A DNA stretch of 64,000 nt from Leptonemataceae bacterium (GCA_965228745.1 CBDDID010000003.1:20152-84151); one strand, 5' to 3'. Shown: positions 36,317-48,341, counted from the first letter of the stretch. Numbers and translations are program-made. The notes: generated by a model not told the origin, from the sequence alone.

Positions 36317-37384
36317 TTATCGCTTTGAAGTGTCTTTGTTGGATGGGGTTTCGATGGTAGCCGGGGCTTTCATTTCCTGATAGAGCTCATTTGCCGAGTA
36401 TATGAACTGGCCTACCTCGTTTTCCGGGAGGCGATGCTCATCATCATCGATCTCTTCTCCAGCCATGCGAAGCTGCGCTACTCGACGTGCATGCTCCACA
36501 GGACGGATGACTCTGTTTAGAAGATAGCTGTTGTTCGTCAGTAGCAGGGCCGAAATCATCACGAAACCGGTAATCAGTATCATCAGTTCCAGTAGCTTCT
36601 GTCTTCTATGCAAATCCTTTAGGTTTAGATAGATGATTTCTCCGGGGTTGGGTCCGGGGATGTATATAAAGTCTCTTTCGTAGCGGTAGGTTACTTCATC
36701 TCCTTCGTTGATCTTTTCTTTGGGAACATTGTAGATCTCGAAGGCCCCTTCGGTGCCGGATTTCTCCACTCCTATTATCCATTCAGGGATTAAGAATGGC
36801 AGCCTTTGAATCCCTTCGGATTCTGCATACTTACGTACGGTTTCCGTTCTTACCCGTGTTTCGCTCTGAATCATCCTGGAGTGTAGATGACTGGTGACCA
36901 GGCCTCCCAGAAACAAAAACAGAAAAGCTACAAGAGAAGTCCTTCTGGAAAGCCCGTCCAGGGTGCTGGAGCTATCCGGCCGCAGCCCGGCCTGCTTTTG
37001 CTGGCGAAAGTATTTTAAAGCGGGAACAAGACGAAGGAAGCGTCCGCCTTCTAGAAGCAGAAGGCCTGGCGGATTTTCAAAAGCGCCTTCCGAGGTCGCT
37101 GCAAGGGCAATGACTATTGGAATGGGAAGCAATGCCCAGGCGTCCAGGACGAATGAGCCTTTTGCATAATTGATTCCCTGGACAAGTAAACGAATAAAGG
37201 TTTCGAGCAGGAACAGGGTAAGTAATGCCATATCGGCTTGCTTGAGCATCTGAGCGGTGCTTAGCTTCAAGTCTGCCACGGCTGCGCCTAATAAAAGAAG
37301 AATTCCTGTTATAGTTAGCAGGGCAGAGAACAGATTGTATACTGGATGAGAGAGAATTGCTGTGCCGCGGCTACGAAGTCCCAT
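36317..37384 (-). CDS. membrane protein: voltage-sensor-like S1-S4 segment, extracytoplasmic loop and HAMP domain
   Basis: S2-like LFLLETFIRL (F-x-x-E...R), S3-like SFVLDAWALLP, S4-like RFLRLVPALKYFR (basic residue every third position). Two further TM helices flank ~100 aa. C-terminal HAMP-like RPVEHARRV...ENEVGQFIYSANELYQEM. Confidence 0.55.
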   Translation of the reverse strand: MGLRSRGTAILSHPVYNLFSALLTITGILLLLGAAVADLKLSTAQMLKQADMALLTLFLLETFIRLLVQGINYAKGSFVLDAWALLPIPIVIALAATSEGAFENPPGLLLLEGGRFLRLVPALKYFRQQKQAGLRPDSSSTLDGLSRRTSLVAFLFLFLGGLVTSHLHSRMIQSETRVRTETVRKYAESEGIQRLPFLIPEWIIGVEKSGTEGAFEIYNVPKEKINEGDEVTYRYERDFIYIPGPNPGEIIYLNLKDLHRRQKLLELMILITGFVMISALLLTNNSYLLNRVIRPVEHARRVAQLRMAGEEIDDDEHRLPENEVGQFIYSANELYQEMKAPATIETPSNKDTSKR

Positions 37385-37450
37385 TGCGTCCTGGATAGCG
37401 GGCTTTCTTTTCCTTGAATTACCCGGCCTGAATGCAATATCGGTAGTTCA

Positions 37451-38326
37451 ATGAAGAAAATTGCAGAAATTCTCAAAGAAGAAGCCGGAAAGAGACCTGT
37501 TTTCTCATTTGAATTCTTCCCTCCGAAAAAGCCTGAGGGAGAGCAGACGCTGATGAACACAATCCAGCGACTGAAGTCTCTTGATCCGGATTTCGTTTCC
37601 GTTACCTATGGAGCAGGCGGCTCCACCCGGGAAAAAACCCGGCAATGGGTGAAGGATATCCAGGACAAACATGATATTACGGCAATGGCGCACTATACTT
37701 GCGTCGGACATGGCCGAGACGAGATTCTGTCCAATCTCAAAGATCTCTATTCGGATGGTATCCGAAACATTATGGCATTGCGCGGGGATCCTCCGAAAGG
37801 GGAGAAGAATTTTACTCCTCCGGAGGATGGCTTCGCCTATGGTAGCGAGCTCATTGAGTTCATAAAATCCACTGGCATGGACTTCAGTCTGGGCGGTGGA
37901 GGTTATCCTGAGACTCATCAGGAAGCTGCATCTGCCGATCAAGATTTGCAAAATCTGAAGAAGAAAGTGGACGCTGGTGCCGAATTTATAGTGACACAGC
38001 TTTTTTTCAGAAACGATCACTATTTCAGGTATGTGAAGCAATGCCGGGAGGCAGGGATTTCGGTTCCCATAATTCCTGGAATCATGCCCATTACCTCTTT
38101 CGGTCAGATCCAGAAGTTTACGGAAATGGCTGGATGCGAAATACCCAATGAGCTAACTGAAGACATAAAGGCTTGTGGAGAGGATCGGGGCAGGCTGCTG
38201 GAAGTGAGCCTGGGATACTCCATTCGACAGTGTAGAGATCTGTTGAAAGGGGGCGCGCCCGGGATTCATTTTTATACATTGAATCAGAGTCAGGCAACTT
38301 CCACGATTCTGAAGGCCATCAACTAG
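37451..38326 (+). CDS. metF: methylenetetrahydrofolate reductase
   Basis: FSFEFFPPK, SVTYGAGGSTR and LRGDPP motifs. 291 aa. Confidence 0.93.
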   Translation: MKKIAEILKEEAGKRPVFSFEFFPPKKPEGEQTLMNTIQRLKSLDPDFVSVTYGAGGSTREKTRQWVKDIQDKHDITAMAHYTCVGHGRDEILSNLKDLYSDGIRNIMALRGDPPKGEKNFTPPEDGFAYGSELIEFIKSTGMDFSLGGGGYPETHQEAASADQDLQNLKKKVDAGAEFIVTQLFFRNDHYFRYVKQCREAGISVPIIPGIMPITSFGQIQKFTEMAGCEIPNELTEDIKACGEDRGRLLEVSLGYSIRQCRDLLKGGAPGIHFYTLNQSQATSTILKAIN

Positions 38327-38344
38327 CCTGGCCAAGCGGGGGAT

Positions 38345-40102
38345 ATGAGCAGGGACAATGTGCTAACGCTGGCTAAAATCAGCGACATTACAACCAGGAT
38401 CAATTCGGAACAGGACCTACACAGTCTTTTGACTGTTATTATGGATTCTGCCCGGGAATTACTCCAGACTGAAGGCGCATCCCTGCTGCTCTACGACGAG
38501 GACTCCGGGGATTTGATTTTTGACATCGCCCGGGGTGACCGCAGCCAGCTTCTGGCTGCTCGTCGCATCCCCAAAGGTCAGGGCATAGCCGGACAGTGCG
38601 CGGCCAACCGCAAGCCCATCATCGTGGCCGATGCCCAGAATGATTCTCGTGTTTTAAAATCAGTGGATCAGGCCACAGGGTTTGTGACCAGAAACCTTAT
38701 TGCCGTGCCCATGCTTGCTCGAGATCGATTGATTGGCGTCCTGGAAAGTGTGAATACCCTGGATGGCCGGGATTTCGATAGCAAAGATGTCCGACTGCTC
38801 ACCTTTCTTTCCGGAATGGCCGGCATTGCCATTCACAATCGAAAGCTCTATCAGGACCTCCAGGGTCGTGTGGAAGAGCTTAACTGCATTTATGAGATTT
38901 CCCGCACAATTCAGCAGCACGATACAATCGATGAGCTGCTGAATTCCATACTCGGAGCCATCGAGAGAGTGCTGGAGCTGGAAAGGCTTTCTCTGATAAT
39001 GGAAGATCAGTCGGAGGAGGGTGGCTATCGCATTACCCGTACCCGTGGTTTTGATGTCCAGGATGGAGATATCCGTATTGGCCCTGACCAGGGAGTGGCT
39101 GGCATTGTGCTTCGGTCTGGCAAGCCCTTGCTGGTCAGGGACGTTCAAAAGGATCTGGGCTTTACACCTGAAAATGCAACCAGGTATAAGACCGGTTCCT
39201 TTATTTCTGTGCCCATCATGCAGGACGATCGAGTGATTGGTCTTCTGAATGCCGCAGATAAGAAAAATGGGATGCCCTTTGATCAGTTTGAATTAAAGGT
39301 TCTCTCTACCGTGGGCTCTCAGCTGGCCAGCGCTTATTTGCGCATTATCGCCAGGCGCCGGGAATCCGAGATTCGCCAGTATCGAAAGGACCTGGAGACT
39401 GCGGCGCAGATTCAAATGAACTCATTGCCGGAAATTCCGGGCGAGATCGCGGGCATTCGCATGGCCGCTCGCTACGAAGCCTGTAGAGATGTGGGCGGTG
39501 ATTTCTACGACTTCCATTACCATTCTGACAGTATTCTTTCTCTGGTAATGGCAGATGTCTCCGGTAAAGGGGTACCCGCAGCCCTCTTTATGGAGTATTC
39601 CAAGACTTTACTCGCTTCTAACATACCTATTTTCCTTCACCCGGTGCGAACACTGGAAAAGGTTAATGAAGAGATCTTTCGAGGATCGCGGATGGGTCTT
39701 TTTGTGACCGCCATGTTGATTCAGGTGGAGCGTGATCTGTCCCGGTTTCGCATCGCATCTGCCGGACATAACCATCAAATTCTGTACAGAAAATCCAGTG
39801 GAAATATCGAAAGCCTGTCGGCGGGCGGTCCTCCTCTGGGCGCTTTTCCCAATGCCAACTATAAAGAGACCATCGTTCACTATGAGCCTGGCGATCTGTT
39901 GATCCTTTACACCGATGGCATCACAGAAGCCCACAATAAAGAGTTTGAGCTCTACGGCGAAGAACGATTGTTTTCGCTGGTTCCGGAAATAGGAGAGAAC
40001 GATCCCCAGGAAGTCGCTCGAAGGATCATAGAAGAGGTAGCGACGTTCAGGGACGGTGTCGAACCTTCCGACGATACTACACTGATGGCTGTATGTTTGT
40101 AG
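38345..40102 (+). CDS. GAF-GAF-PP2C (SpoIIE/RsbU-type) serine phosphatase
   Basis: Two GAF-like modules, then PP2C motifs DVGGDFYDF, MADVSGKGVPAALFM and YTDGITEA. Confidence 0.85.
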   Translation: MSRDNVLTLAKISDITTRINSEQDLHSLLTVIMDSARELLQTEGASLLLYDEDSGDLIFDIARGDRSQLLAARRIPKGQGIAGQCAANRKPIIVADAQNDSRVLKSVDQATGFVTRNLIAVPMLARDRLIGVLESVNTLDGRDFDSKDVRLLTFLSGMAGIAIHNRKLYQDLQGRVEELNCIYEISRTIQQHDTIDELLNSILGAIERVLELERLSLIMEDQSEEGGYRITRTRGFDVQDGDIRIGPDQGVAGIVLRSGKPLLVRDVQKDLGFTPENATRYKTGSFISVPIMQDDRVIGLLNAADKKNGMPFDQFELKVLSTVGSQLASAYLRIIARRRESEIRQYRKDLETAAQIQMNSLPEIPGEIAGIRMAARYEACRDVGGDFYDFHYHSDSILSLVMADVSGKGVPAALFMEYSKTLLASNIPIFLHPVRTLEKVNEEIFRGSRMGLFVTAMLIQVERDLSRFRIASAGHNHQILYRKSSGNIESLSAGGPPLGAFPNANYKETIVHYEPGDLLILYTDGITEAHNKEFELYGEERLFSLVPEIGENDPQEVARRIIEEVATFRDGVEPSDDTTLMAVCL

Positions 40103-40270
40103 TTCTGCGTATCCTGCCAGAACTTGAACAGTTTCGAAGAGCCTCTCGATAACGTCTCTTGTTGCGACCAGTTCTCAGGCCCGGTAATTAACGCCGTCTG
40201 GATGGGCCGTTTTTTACGAAAATGGTTGCCATGCTTATTTCATATTATACAATTCAGGTCAGAAAGCATT

Positions 40271-40900
40271 ATGAAAGCAGAAGTAGAGACTGAAACAGAG
40301 ACCGTTCCTGATCAGGAAGCGTCGGTGGAGATCGAAGATCGCTCGGCCAGAGAAAGAATTCTGGATGCCGCGCGAAAGGCTTTCTCTCAAAATGGGTACT
40401 TCGGTACATCGATTCGTCAGATAAGTAATCTGTGCGGTCTGAAGCAGCCCAGCATCTATCATCATTTTGATAGCAAAGAGAATCTGTTTCGCAATGCTCT
40501 TATTTCCTCCCATCAAGAAATGATGGATTTTATCAATTCTCGCACCGGAAGCGGCAAGGATCTGGCGGAGGATGTGATTCAAGTGTTTCATACCTTCATG
40601 GACTTTCACAAGGACAGGCGAGGTGCCCTGCATTTGCTGGGGAACCTGATCTATTCTGCGCCGGACAATCTGAGGGATGAGTATGCCGAGATGTACGGAC
40701 CGGAAATGACCGGAGTCATCGAAAGAATGTTCAAGAAATGGGATCCGGATAACAGCCAGGAAGAGCTTAAGATTTGCATCAACCATACTCTCACTGCCTA
40801 CTTAATCGAGCTGTCGGTCCGGGACCGGGGCAGGGAGGACGAAAGTCTGACCCAGGCCCTTCGCTGCGTAAACTACATCCTGCGAATCGAGCCTCGTTGA
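40271..40900 (+). CDS. TetR/AcrR family transcriptional regulator
   Basis: HTH RERILDAARKAFSQNGYFGTSIRQISNLCGLKQPSIYHHFDSKENLF. ORF 40124, trimmed to ATG 40271. Confidence 0.8.
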   Translation: MKAEVETETETVPDQEASVEIEDRSARERILDAARKAFSQNGYFGTSIRQISNLCGLKQPSIYHHFDSKENLFRNALISSHQEMMDFINSRTGSGKDLAEDVIQVFHTFMDFHKDRRGALHLLGNLIYSAPDNLRDEYAEMYGPEMTGVIERMFKKWDPDNSQEELKICINHTLTAYLIELSVRDRGREDESLTQALRCVNYILRIEPR

Positions 40901-41336
40901 AAGTCTGAGCGGCACCGGGCAGCCCGGGATTTTTCCAGGCAGAATTGACTTCCTCTGATTTAGCTGCGTTAGTGCGGGTGCTCGAATAAGGGAGGCTCGG
41001 CAGTAGTCCGGGGGGATGGATATTCCCCAGAATCAGCTCCGCTCATCCGCTCGCCGGAATCAGTGGAAATTCCCCCTGGCGACTCTGTTGAAGTAGAATC
41101 ACTGCCCGATCCAGGCATTCTCCGGGGCTCGGCTTTAGTCAAAATCAGAAGGGCCTCCTTCTTACGTGAATTGCACCGGGATCTTGGCCCTGTGATGTTC
41201 TGCCATGAATGGTGATCGCGTTTTTCGGTGCATCGCTTCGCATCATCCCTCACTTATCCTGGAGAAGCATCTAATCCAGGGCTTGTCTTTTCCTTTCGAT
41301 TGATTATTCTAACCGTGCCAGTAGCCTTCTTTTTTG

Positions 41337-41364
41337 TTGACATATCAAGATATCTTGATATAAT
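41337..41364 (+). promoter_or_regulatory. near-consensus promoter with an embedded 20-bp perfect palindrome (candidate SahR operator)
   Basis: TTGACA (41337-41342), 16 nt, TATAAT (41359-41364). ATATCAAGATATCTTGATAT (41342-41361) is a perfect palindrome spanning the whole spacer. The ATG is at 41374. Confidence 0.6.
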
Positions 41365-41373
41365 GGTCATGTA

Positions 41374-42399
41374 ATGTCCGAGGGCGTCCAAATCCTGAAA
41401 GCACTGGCAGACGAGTCCAGACTGCGCATTGTCCGGCTGCTTCTAAAAGGGCCGCTTCATGTAAATGAAATCCTGGAAGTGCTCCAAATGGGCCAGAGCA
41501 GGGTGTCCAGGCATTTGAAGATCCTTGCGGATGCAGGTCTTCTGGCCGGTCGTCGGGAGGGTTCGCGGATTTATTACGGAATCAGCCCTGAAATCCGACA
41601 GTCTGCTCTACTTTCTTCCTTAGAAATGATGCTGGGTTACTTTGAGACCAGGGAAGAGGCCGGTTCCAGGCCTGGAATGTGGCTTCCCGAGGAGTCTCTG
41701 CGAGACTTTGATCGCCTGGCTAACGTTCTGGATGCCCGTAAGAGTCAGACCCTGGATCACTTTTTTCGGTATGGCGCGCTCCAGGATGAGATGCAGCGGG
41801 ATTATGTAGATGCTTCTTTCTACAGAAGCGAAGTGGTTTCCATGCTGCCAGATGGGCCGGTCACCATTGTAGATCTGGGATGCGGTACCGGCGAGTTATC
41901 CGTGGCCATGGCAGCCCCCGGAAGAGATATTATTTTAGTAGATCAAAGCCAGGCCATGTTGGATGAGGCCCGCAAGTCCCTGGGCGAGGCGAAGGACAGC
42001 AATCTAGACTTTCGCCTGGGCTCTATGGAGCACCTTCCGCTGGCGAACGAAGAAGCGGATGTTGCGGTGCTGTCCATGGTACTGCATCATGTGCCGGAGC
42101 CTATTGGAGCGCTCAAAGAAGCGGCCCGGGTGCTCAAGCCGGGAGGACTTCTGATTCTGGCGGATCTGGATCATCACAATGAAGAAGTAATGCGAAGCAG
42201 CTTCGCGGATTTCTGGCTGGGCTTTGAAACAGAAAACCTGGAGCAGGATCTAGAAGATGCGGGGTTTCAAGTTGAGGCCAGCCATTCGGGAAAAGGGGAG
42301 GGCAGCCTTGCCTGTCTTTTTTACCGGGCTGTTTCTCGGCCGATGGAATTGAATCAAGCTGAGGCCGAGGCCGCAGCCACCGGGGCAATCCCCGGATAA
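41374..42399 (+). CDS. sahR: ArsR-family HTH fused to a SAM-dependent methyltransferase domain (SahR-type regulator)
   Basis: ArsR wHTH LKALADESRLRIVRLLL...VNEILEVLQMGQSRVSRHLKIL. MTase motif I IVDLGCGTGE. Immediately upstream of ahcY-metH. Confidence 0.75.
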   Translation: MSEGVQILKALADESRLRIVRLLLKGPLHVNEILEVLQMGQSRVSRHLKILADAGLLAGRREGSRIYYGISPEIRQSALLSSLEMMLGYFETREEAGSRPGMWLPEESLRDFDRLANVLDARKSQTLDHFFRYGALQDEMQRDYVDASFYRSEVVSMLPDGPVTIVDLGCGTGELSVAMAAPGRDIILVDQSQAMLDEARKSLGEAKDSNLDFRLGSMEHLPLANEEADVAVLSMVLHHVPEPIGALKEAARVLKPGGLLILADLDHHNEEVMRSSFADFWLGFETENLEQDLEDAGFQVEASHSGKGEGSLACLFYRAVSRPMELNQAEAEAAATGAIPG

Positions 42400-43752
<1,353 letters not shown>

Positions 43753-43760
43753 AAACTATA

Positions 43761-43787
43761 CGCCCCGGCATGGCCGGGGCGCCTTTT
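43761..43787 (+). terminator. intrinsic terminator after ahcY
   Basis: 9-bp GC stem CGCCCCGGC-ATG-GCCGGGGCG, followed by CCTTTTG. Confidence 0.6.
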
Positions 43788-43937
43788 GCAATTATACAAT
43801 TATTGAGACTCTCCGGACTGTCCGAACCGTGGAGTCACAGACAGGCTGGAATTTGCAGCTGTCAGCAGACTGGCAATCGAGCCAGAGCCGAAGGGCCGGG
43901 ATCCGGTGGCGGCATAAAAGAGAAAGACGGAGATATT

Positions 43938-46900
43938 ATGAGTCAGACAGAGACGCAGGATAGAACAAAGTTACTCTATGAGCAGCTTGAGAAGCGCATC
44001 CTGGTGCTGGATGGGGCCATGGGAACCATGATCCAGAAGCATAAGCTGGAAGAGGAAGACTTTCGAGGAGAGCGCTTCAAAGATTACAAAGGTGAGCTGA
44101 AGGGAAACAATGACCTTTTAAGTCTTACAAGACCCGAGTTGATCCAGGAAATCCATGAGGAGTTTCTGGAAGCTGGATCCGACATCATCGAAACCAATAC
44201 TTTTAGCTGTACTACAATATCCCAGGCAGATTACGATCTCCAGGAACTGGTGGATGAGCTAAACATTGAAGGGGCCAGGCTGGCTCGAAAGGCGGCAGAC
44301 AAATATACAGAAAAGAATCCTGCCAAACCCAGGTTTGTGGCAGGAGCCATTGGCCCTACCAACAAGACTCTTTCTCTATCCCCGGATGTAAATGATCCAG
44401 GATACCGGGCCGTAACCTATCAGGAAGTGGTGTTGGCCTACGAGCAACAGGTGGAGGGCTTGATCAAAGGAGGAGTGGATATTCTCCTGGTGGAGACTGT
44501 ATTTGATACTCTGAATGCCAAGGCAGCCCTGTTTGCCATAGAGAACGTTTTTGATCGCATCGGATACACGGTGCCCACCATGGTTTCCGGTACCATTGTG
44601 GATCAAAGCGGCAGAACTCTTTCCGGACAAACCACAGAAGCGTTCTGGATTTCTATCTCACATATGCCTCATTTACTGAGTGTGGGCCTTAACTGTGCTC
44701 TGGGTTCTGCTCAAATGAAGCCCTTTATTCAAGAGCTTTCCCGGGTGGCCGGTTGCCGAGTCAGTCTTTATCCCAATGCAGGTCTTCCCAATGAATTCGG
44801 TGGATACGATGAAACTCCGGAATACATGGGTGAGCAGATTCATAACTATGCCAGCGAAGGCTGGGTGAATATCATTGGAGGATGTTGCGGAACGACTCCA
44901 GATCACATTCGAGCCATGGCAAAATCCGTAGAGGGGGTTCAACCTCGTCAGCCGGCCAAACAGGAGCCATTTCTCAGGCTTTCTGGCCTGGAGCCGCTGG
45001 TGGTTCGACCGGAAGCCAATTTCCTTAATGTGGGCGAAAGAACCAATGTAACCGGTTCCAAGAAGTTCGCACGACTAATTCGCGAAGAAAACTATGAAGA
45101 GGCTGTAGCTGTTGCTCAGGATCAGGTGGAAAACGGCGCCCAGGTCATCGACGTCAATATGGACGAAGGGATGCTGGATTCCGAAGCTGCGATGGTTAAA
45201 TTTCTGAACTTGATTGGTGCCGAGCCCGATATCTCCCGGGTTCCCATCATGATTGACTCTTCGAAGTTCAGCGTCATTGAAGCTGGCCTGCGTTGCGTCC
45301 AGGGCAAGGCCATTGTGAACTCCATTTCTATGAAAGAAGGGGAGGAACTATTTAAAGAACAGGCCCGTAAGATTATGCGGTATGGCGCCAGCGTCATCGT
45401 CATGGCCTTTGATGATAAAGGCCAGGCAGATAGCTACGAAAGGATGATCGAAATCTGCGGTCGAGCCTATAAGATTCTTACAGAGGAAGTAGGCTTTCCG
45501 GCTCAGGATATCATTTTTGATCCCAACATCTTTCCCATCGCTACAGGTATTGAAGATCATAATAATTACTCTGTGGATTTCATCAATGCTACAAAGTGGA
45601 TCAAAGAGAATCTCCCTCATGCTCGAGTGAGCGGTGGTGTTTCGAATATGAGCTTTTCTTTCCGGGGGAATGAGCCGGTGCGTCGAGCCATGCACTCTGT
45701 GTTTCTCTATCATGCTATTCGAGCGGGAATGGACATGGGTATTGTAAATCCGGGTCAGCTGGATGTTTATGATGAAATTCCGCGAGAGCTTCGTGACCTG
45801 GTAGAGGACGTGGTCTTGAATAAGGACCCGGAAGCCGGCGAAAAGCTTGTGGATTTTGCAGAAAGCTACAAAGATGAAGGTGGCCAGGACGACGGCAAAA
45901 AGAATGCCTGGCGAGAAGCCGATGTGGCGGAGCGAATTCGTCATGCCCTGGTCAAGGGAATCGTGGAGTTTATTGAAGAAGATACCGAGGAAGCTCGTCA
46001 GAAATTCGATCAGCCTCTGGATGTGATTGAAGGGCCATTGATGGACGGAATGAATCATGTGGGAGAGCTCTTTGGCTCCGGCCAGATGTTTCTGCCACAG
46101 GTTGTAAAGAGCGCCCGGGTAATGAAAAAGGCTGTGGCTTATCTGATTCCTTACATGGAAGAAGAGCAGCGAAAGAATCCAGGGGCCAAAAAAGAAGCGA
46201 TCAAAGTGCTACTGGCAACAGTAAAAGGAGATGTCCACGACATCGGAAAGAACATTGTTGGAGTGGTTCTGGCCTGTAATGGCTATGAAGTCATCGACCT
46301 GGGTGTAATGGTCCCCCGGGACAAGATTCTGGATGAGGCAGAGAAACAAAAAGCAGATGTAATTGGCCTTTCTGGCCTGATTACTCCTTCTTTAGATGAG
46401 ATGGTGGAAGTGGCCAGGGAGATGGAGAAGCGTAAGCTAAAGACTCCTTTGCTCATTGGCGGAGCCACTACCAGCGAAGTGCACACTGCCGTTAAAATCG
46501 AGCCCAACTATTCCGGGGCCACAGTGCATGTGCTGGATGCTTCTCTCAGTGTCCCTATGGTGGCTAACCTGGCTTCGGATACTCATCGAGATAAAACCAC
46601 CTCCGAGATTCGAGAAAAATATGAGAATATGCGGGAGCAGCATAAGAACCGCCAGGATGAGAAAGAGATTCTAGGGTTCGATAAAGCTCAGGCAAACAAG
46701 CATAAGGTGAAATTTGATGAAAACACCTTTGAGCCCAAAAAGACCGGTGTATTCAAAATCGAACCAAAAGTAGAGGAATTGATCCCCTACATCGACTGGA
46801 CTCCTTTCTTCCTCACCTGGGAGATGCGTGGAAAGTATCCCGATATTCTGAAGGATCCCAAACTTGGAGAAGAAGCCACCAAGTTGCATAACGATGCAAA

Positions 46901-47642
46901 AGAGCTCCTGGATCGTATTGTAAAAGAAGAGCTACTGCGGCCGCGGGGGGTGTATGGAATTTTTCCTGCTAATTCCACGGGAGAGGATATCAAGCTTTAC
47001 AAAGACGAAAATCGAAAGGATGAGCTGGCAGTATTCCATTGTCTTCGCCAGCAGGCCAAGAAGCGTTCCGGGCAGCCCAATCGCTCACTGGCAGACTATG
47101 TTGCTCCTGAAGATTCGGGAGTCAAAGACTGGCTGGGCACTTTCGCGGTGACTTCTGGCATCGGACTGAACGCCATTGTGAAGGAGTTCGATGACAATCA
47201 TGATGACTACAACTCCATTCTGGCAAAAGCCGTAGCGGATCGCCTGGCAGAAGCATTTGCCGAATATCTGCATGAAAAGGTGCGAAAAGAGATCTGGGGC
47301 TTTGGTTCCGGGGAGACTCTGTCCAACGAAGAGCTGGTCAAAGAGAAATATCAGGGAATACGGCCGGCGCCTGGATACCCGGCCCAGCCCGATCATACAG
47401 AGAAAATCACTCTATTCAAGCTTTTGAATGCTACCGAGGATGCAAGCATTCAGCTCACCGAGAGTCTGGCTATGATGCCAGCTGCCAGTGTGAGCGGACT
47501 CTATTTCTCGCATCCGGATGCGGAGTACTTTAACCTGGGTAAACTGAACAGGGATCAGATGGAAGACTACGCGAAACGAAAAGACATGCCATTGGATGAA
47601 ATGGAAAAATGGCTGGGACCAAACCTGGCCTACGATCGATAA
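43938..47642 (+). CDS. metH: cobalamin-dependent methionine synthase
   Basis: Hcy-binding N-terminus ([12 protein letters not shown]), pterin-binding domain, B12 motif [11 protein letters not shown] and an AdoMet-activation C-terminus. ORF 43770, trimmed to ATG 43938 (MSQTETQ...). Confidence 0.95.
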   Translation: MSQTETQDRTKLLYEQLEKRILVLDGAMGTMIQKHKLEEEDFRGERFKDYKGELKGNNDLLSLTRPELIQEIHEEFLEAGSDIIETNTFSCTTISQADYDLQELVDELNIEGARLARKAADKYTEKNPAKPRFVAGAIGPTNKTLSLSPDVNDPGYRAVTYQEVVLAYEQQVEGLIKGGVDILLVETVFDTLNAKAALFAIENVFDRIGYTVPTMVSGTIVDQSGRTLSGQTTEAFWISISHMPHLLSVGLNCALGSAQMKPFIQELSRVAGCRVSLYPNAGLPNEFGGYDETPEYMGEQIHNYASEGWVNIIGGCCGTTPDHIRAMAKSVEGVQPRQPAKQEPFLRLSGLEPLVVRPEANFLNVGERTNVTGSKKFARLIREENYEEAVAVAQDQVENGAQVIDVNMDEGMLDSEAAMVKFLNLIGAEPDISRVPIMIDSSKFSVIEAGLRCVQGKAIVNSISMKEGEELFKEQARKIMRYGASVIVMAFDDKGQADSYERMIEICGRAYKILTEEVGFPAQDIIFDPNIFPIATGIEDHNNYSVDFINATKWIKENLPHARVSGGVSNMSFSFRGNEPVRRAMHSVFLYHAIRAGMDMGIVNPGQLDVYDEIPRELRDLVEDVVLNKDPEAGEKLVDFAESYKDEGGQDDGKKNAWREADVAERIRHALVKGIVEFIEEDTEEARQKFDQPLDVIEGPLMDGMNHVGELFGSGQMFLPQVVKSARVMKKAVAYLIPYMEEEQRKNPGAKKEAIKVLLATVKGDVHDIGKNIVGVVLACNGYEVIDLGVMVPRDKILDEAEKQKADVIGLSGLITPSLDEMVEVAREMEKRKLKTPLLIGGATTSEVHTAVKIEPNYSGATVHVLDASLSVPMVANLASDTHRDKTTSEIREKYENMREQHKNRQDEKEILGFDKAQANKHKVKFDENTFEPKKTGVFKIEPKVEELIPYIDWTPFFLTWEMRGKYPDILKDPKLGEEATKLHNDAKELLDRIVKEELLRPRGVYGIFPANSTGEDIKLYKDENRKDELAVFHCLRQQAKKRSGQPNRSLADYVAPEDSGVKDWLGTFAVTSGIGLNAIVKEFDDNHDDYNSILAKAVADRLAEAFAEYLHEKVRKEIWGFGSGETLSNEELVKEKYQGIRPAPGYPAQPDHTEKITLFKLLNATEDASIQLTESLAMMPAASVSGLYFSHPDAEYFNLGKLNRDQMEDYAKRKDMPLDEMEKWLGPNLAYDR

Positions 47643-47702
47643 CGATTCTCTGCGAAATTGATGGCTTGGCCTGCCAATGCAGTCCGGGTTCTGAAACAAA
47701 CT

Positions 47703-47737
47703 GCCGGCTTCTCTGAATAGAGAGCCGGCTTTTTTTA
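47703..47737. terminator. intrinsic terminator between convergent metH and the rhomboid gene (T-run on the + strand)
   Basis: GCCGGCTTCTC-TGAATA-GAGAGCCGGC (one bulged T) followed by TTTTTTT. Confidence 0.75.
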
Positions 47738-47750
47738 TGTAAGTCCGCCC

Positions 47751-48341
47751 TCAGGAAAACAGGCCTTTGAAGTAATCCAGGACCCCACTCAAGCCTGCCG
47801 GTGCTGTAAGGACTCCGATGAAGAAGCCCACAATAGCACCGCCAATATGGGCCTCATGGTTCACCGTTCTATGTTCAGAGCGAGCCATGTAAATACTCCC
47901 GGCAATATATATGATCGCGAAGATCGGGGCCGGAATCGGGACAGGAAATAGCAGGAACTCAATGGGCCGCCCCGGAAAGAAGACAATGGAGGCGAACAAT
48001 ACCCCGGCCACGGATCCGCTGGCTCCCAGGCTTGCATAATTGGGATCTTTGTAATGAAACAGGAATGTGGCCAGATCCGCGCCCACGGCTGCCAGCAGAT
48101 AAGTCAGTAACATTACGCCGGGGGCCACCTTTTCCAGGCTGCTTCCGAAGAAGTACAGGGTGATCATATTGAATATGAGATGTCCCCAGCCCATATGGGA
48201 AAACTGGGAGTAGATCATGCCCCGAATTCCCTGGCCCTTGGCCACCAGATAGGGGAAAAAAAGAAAGTCCCGGGGCTCTTCCTTCTGCATGTAAATTAGG
48301 GTGACAATTACATTGATAACGATTAGAAACAGAGTTAGCAT
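47751..48341 (-). CDS. rhomboid-family intramembrane serine protease
   Basis: GASGSVAG (catalytic Ser) and HIGGAIVG (catalytic His) in a six-TM protein. Confidence 0.85.
   Translation of the reverse strand: MLTLFLIVINVIVTLIYMQKEEPRDFLFFPYLVAKGQGIRGMIYSQFSHMGWGHLIFNMITLYFFGSSLEKVAPGVMLLTYLLAAVGADLATFLFHYKDPNYASLGASGSVAGVLFASIVFFPGRPIEFLLFPVPIPAPIFAIIYIAGSIYMARSEHRTVNHEAHIGGAIVGFFIGVLTAPAGLSGVLDYFKGLFS

Noticed and set aside
40244-40254. ATTATACAATT shared between the TetR-gene upstream region (40244-40254) and the metH upstream region (43791-43801) as a possible common operator
   Set aside because: A single pair of identical 11-mers is expected hundreds of times by chance in 64 kb (about 64000^2/2/4^11). 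Both copies simply contain a TACAAT -10-like hexamer.
40969-41253. 94-aa minus-strand ORF in the 470-bp TetR-sahR spacer
   Set aside because: Ser/Gly/Pro/Arg-rich, no RBS and no motif. Probably non-coding upstream DNA of sahR.
43770-43937. N-terminal extensions in the ORF track: metH from 43770, dcp from 60649, the TetR gene from 40124, the NAD-kinase-like gene from 1344, the Deg protease from 19683, the ATP-grasp gene from 60643
   Set aside because: The extensions are Gly/Arg/Cys/Pro-rich and overlap terminators or upstream genes. They precede an internal Met where the conserved family N-terminus and, usually, an RBS begin.
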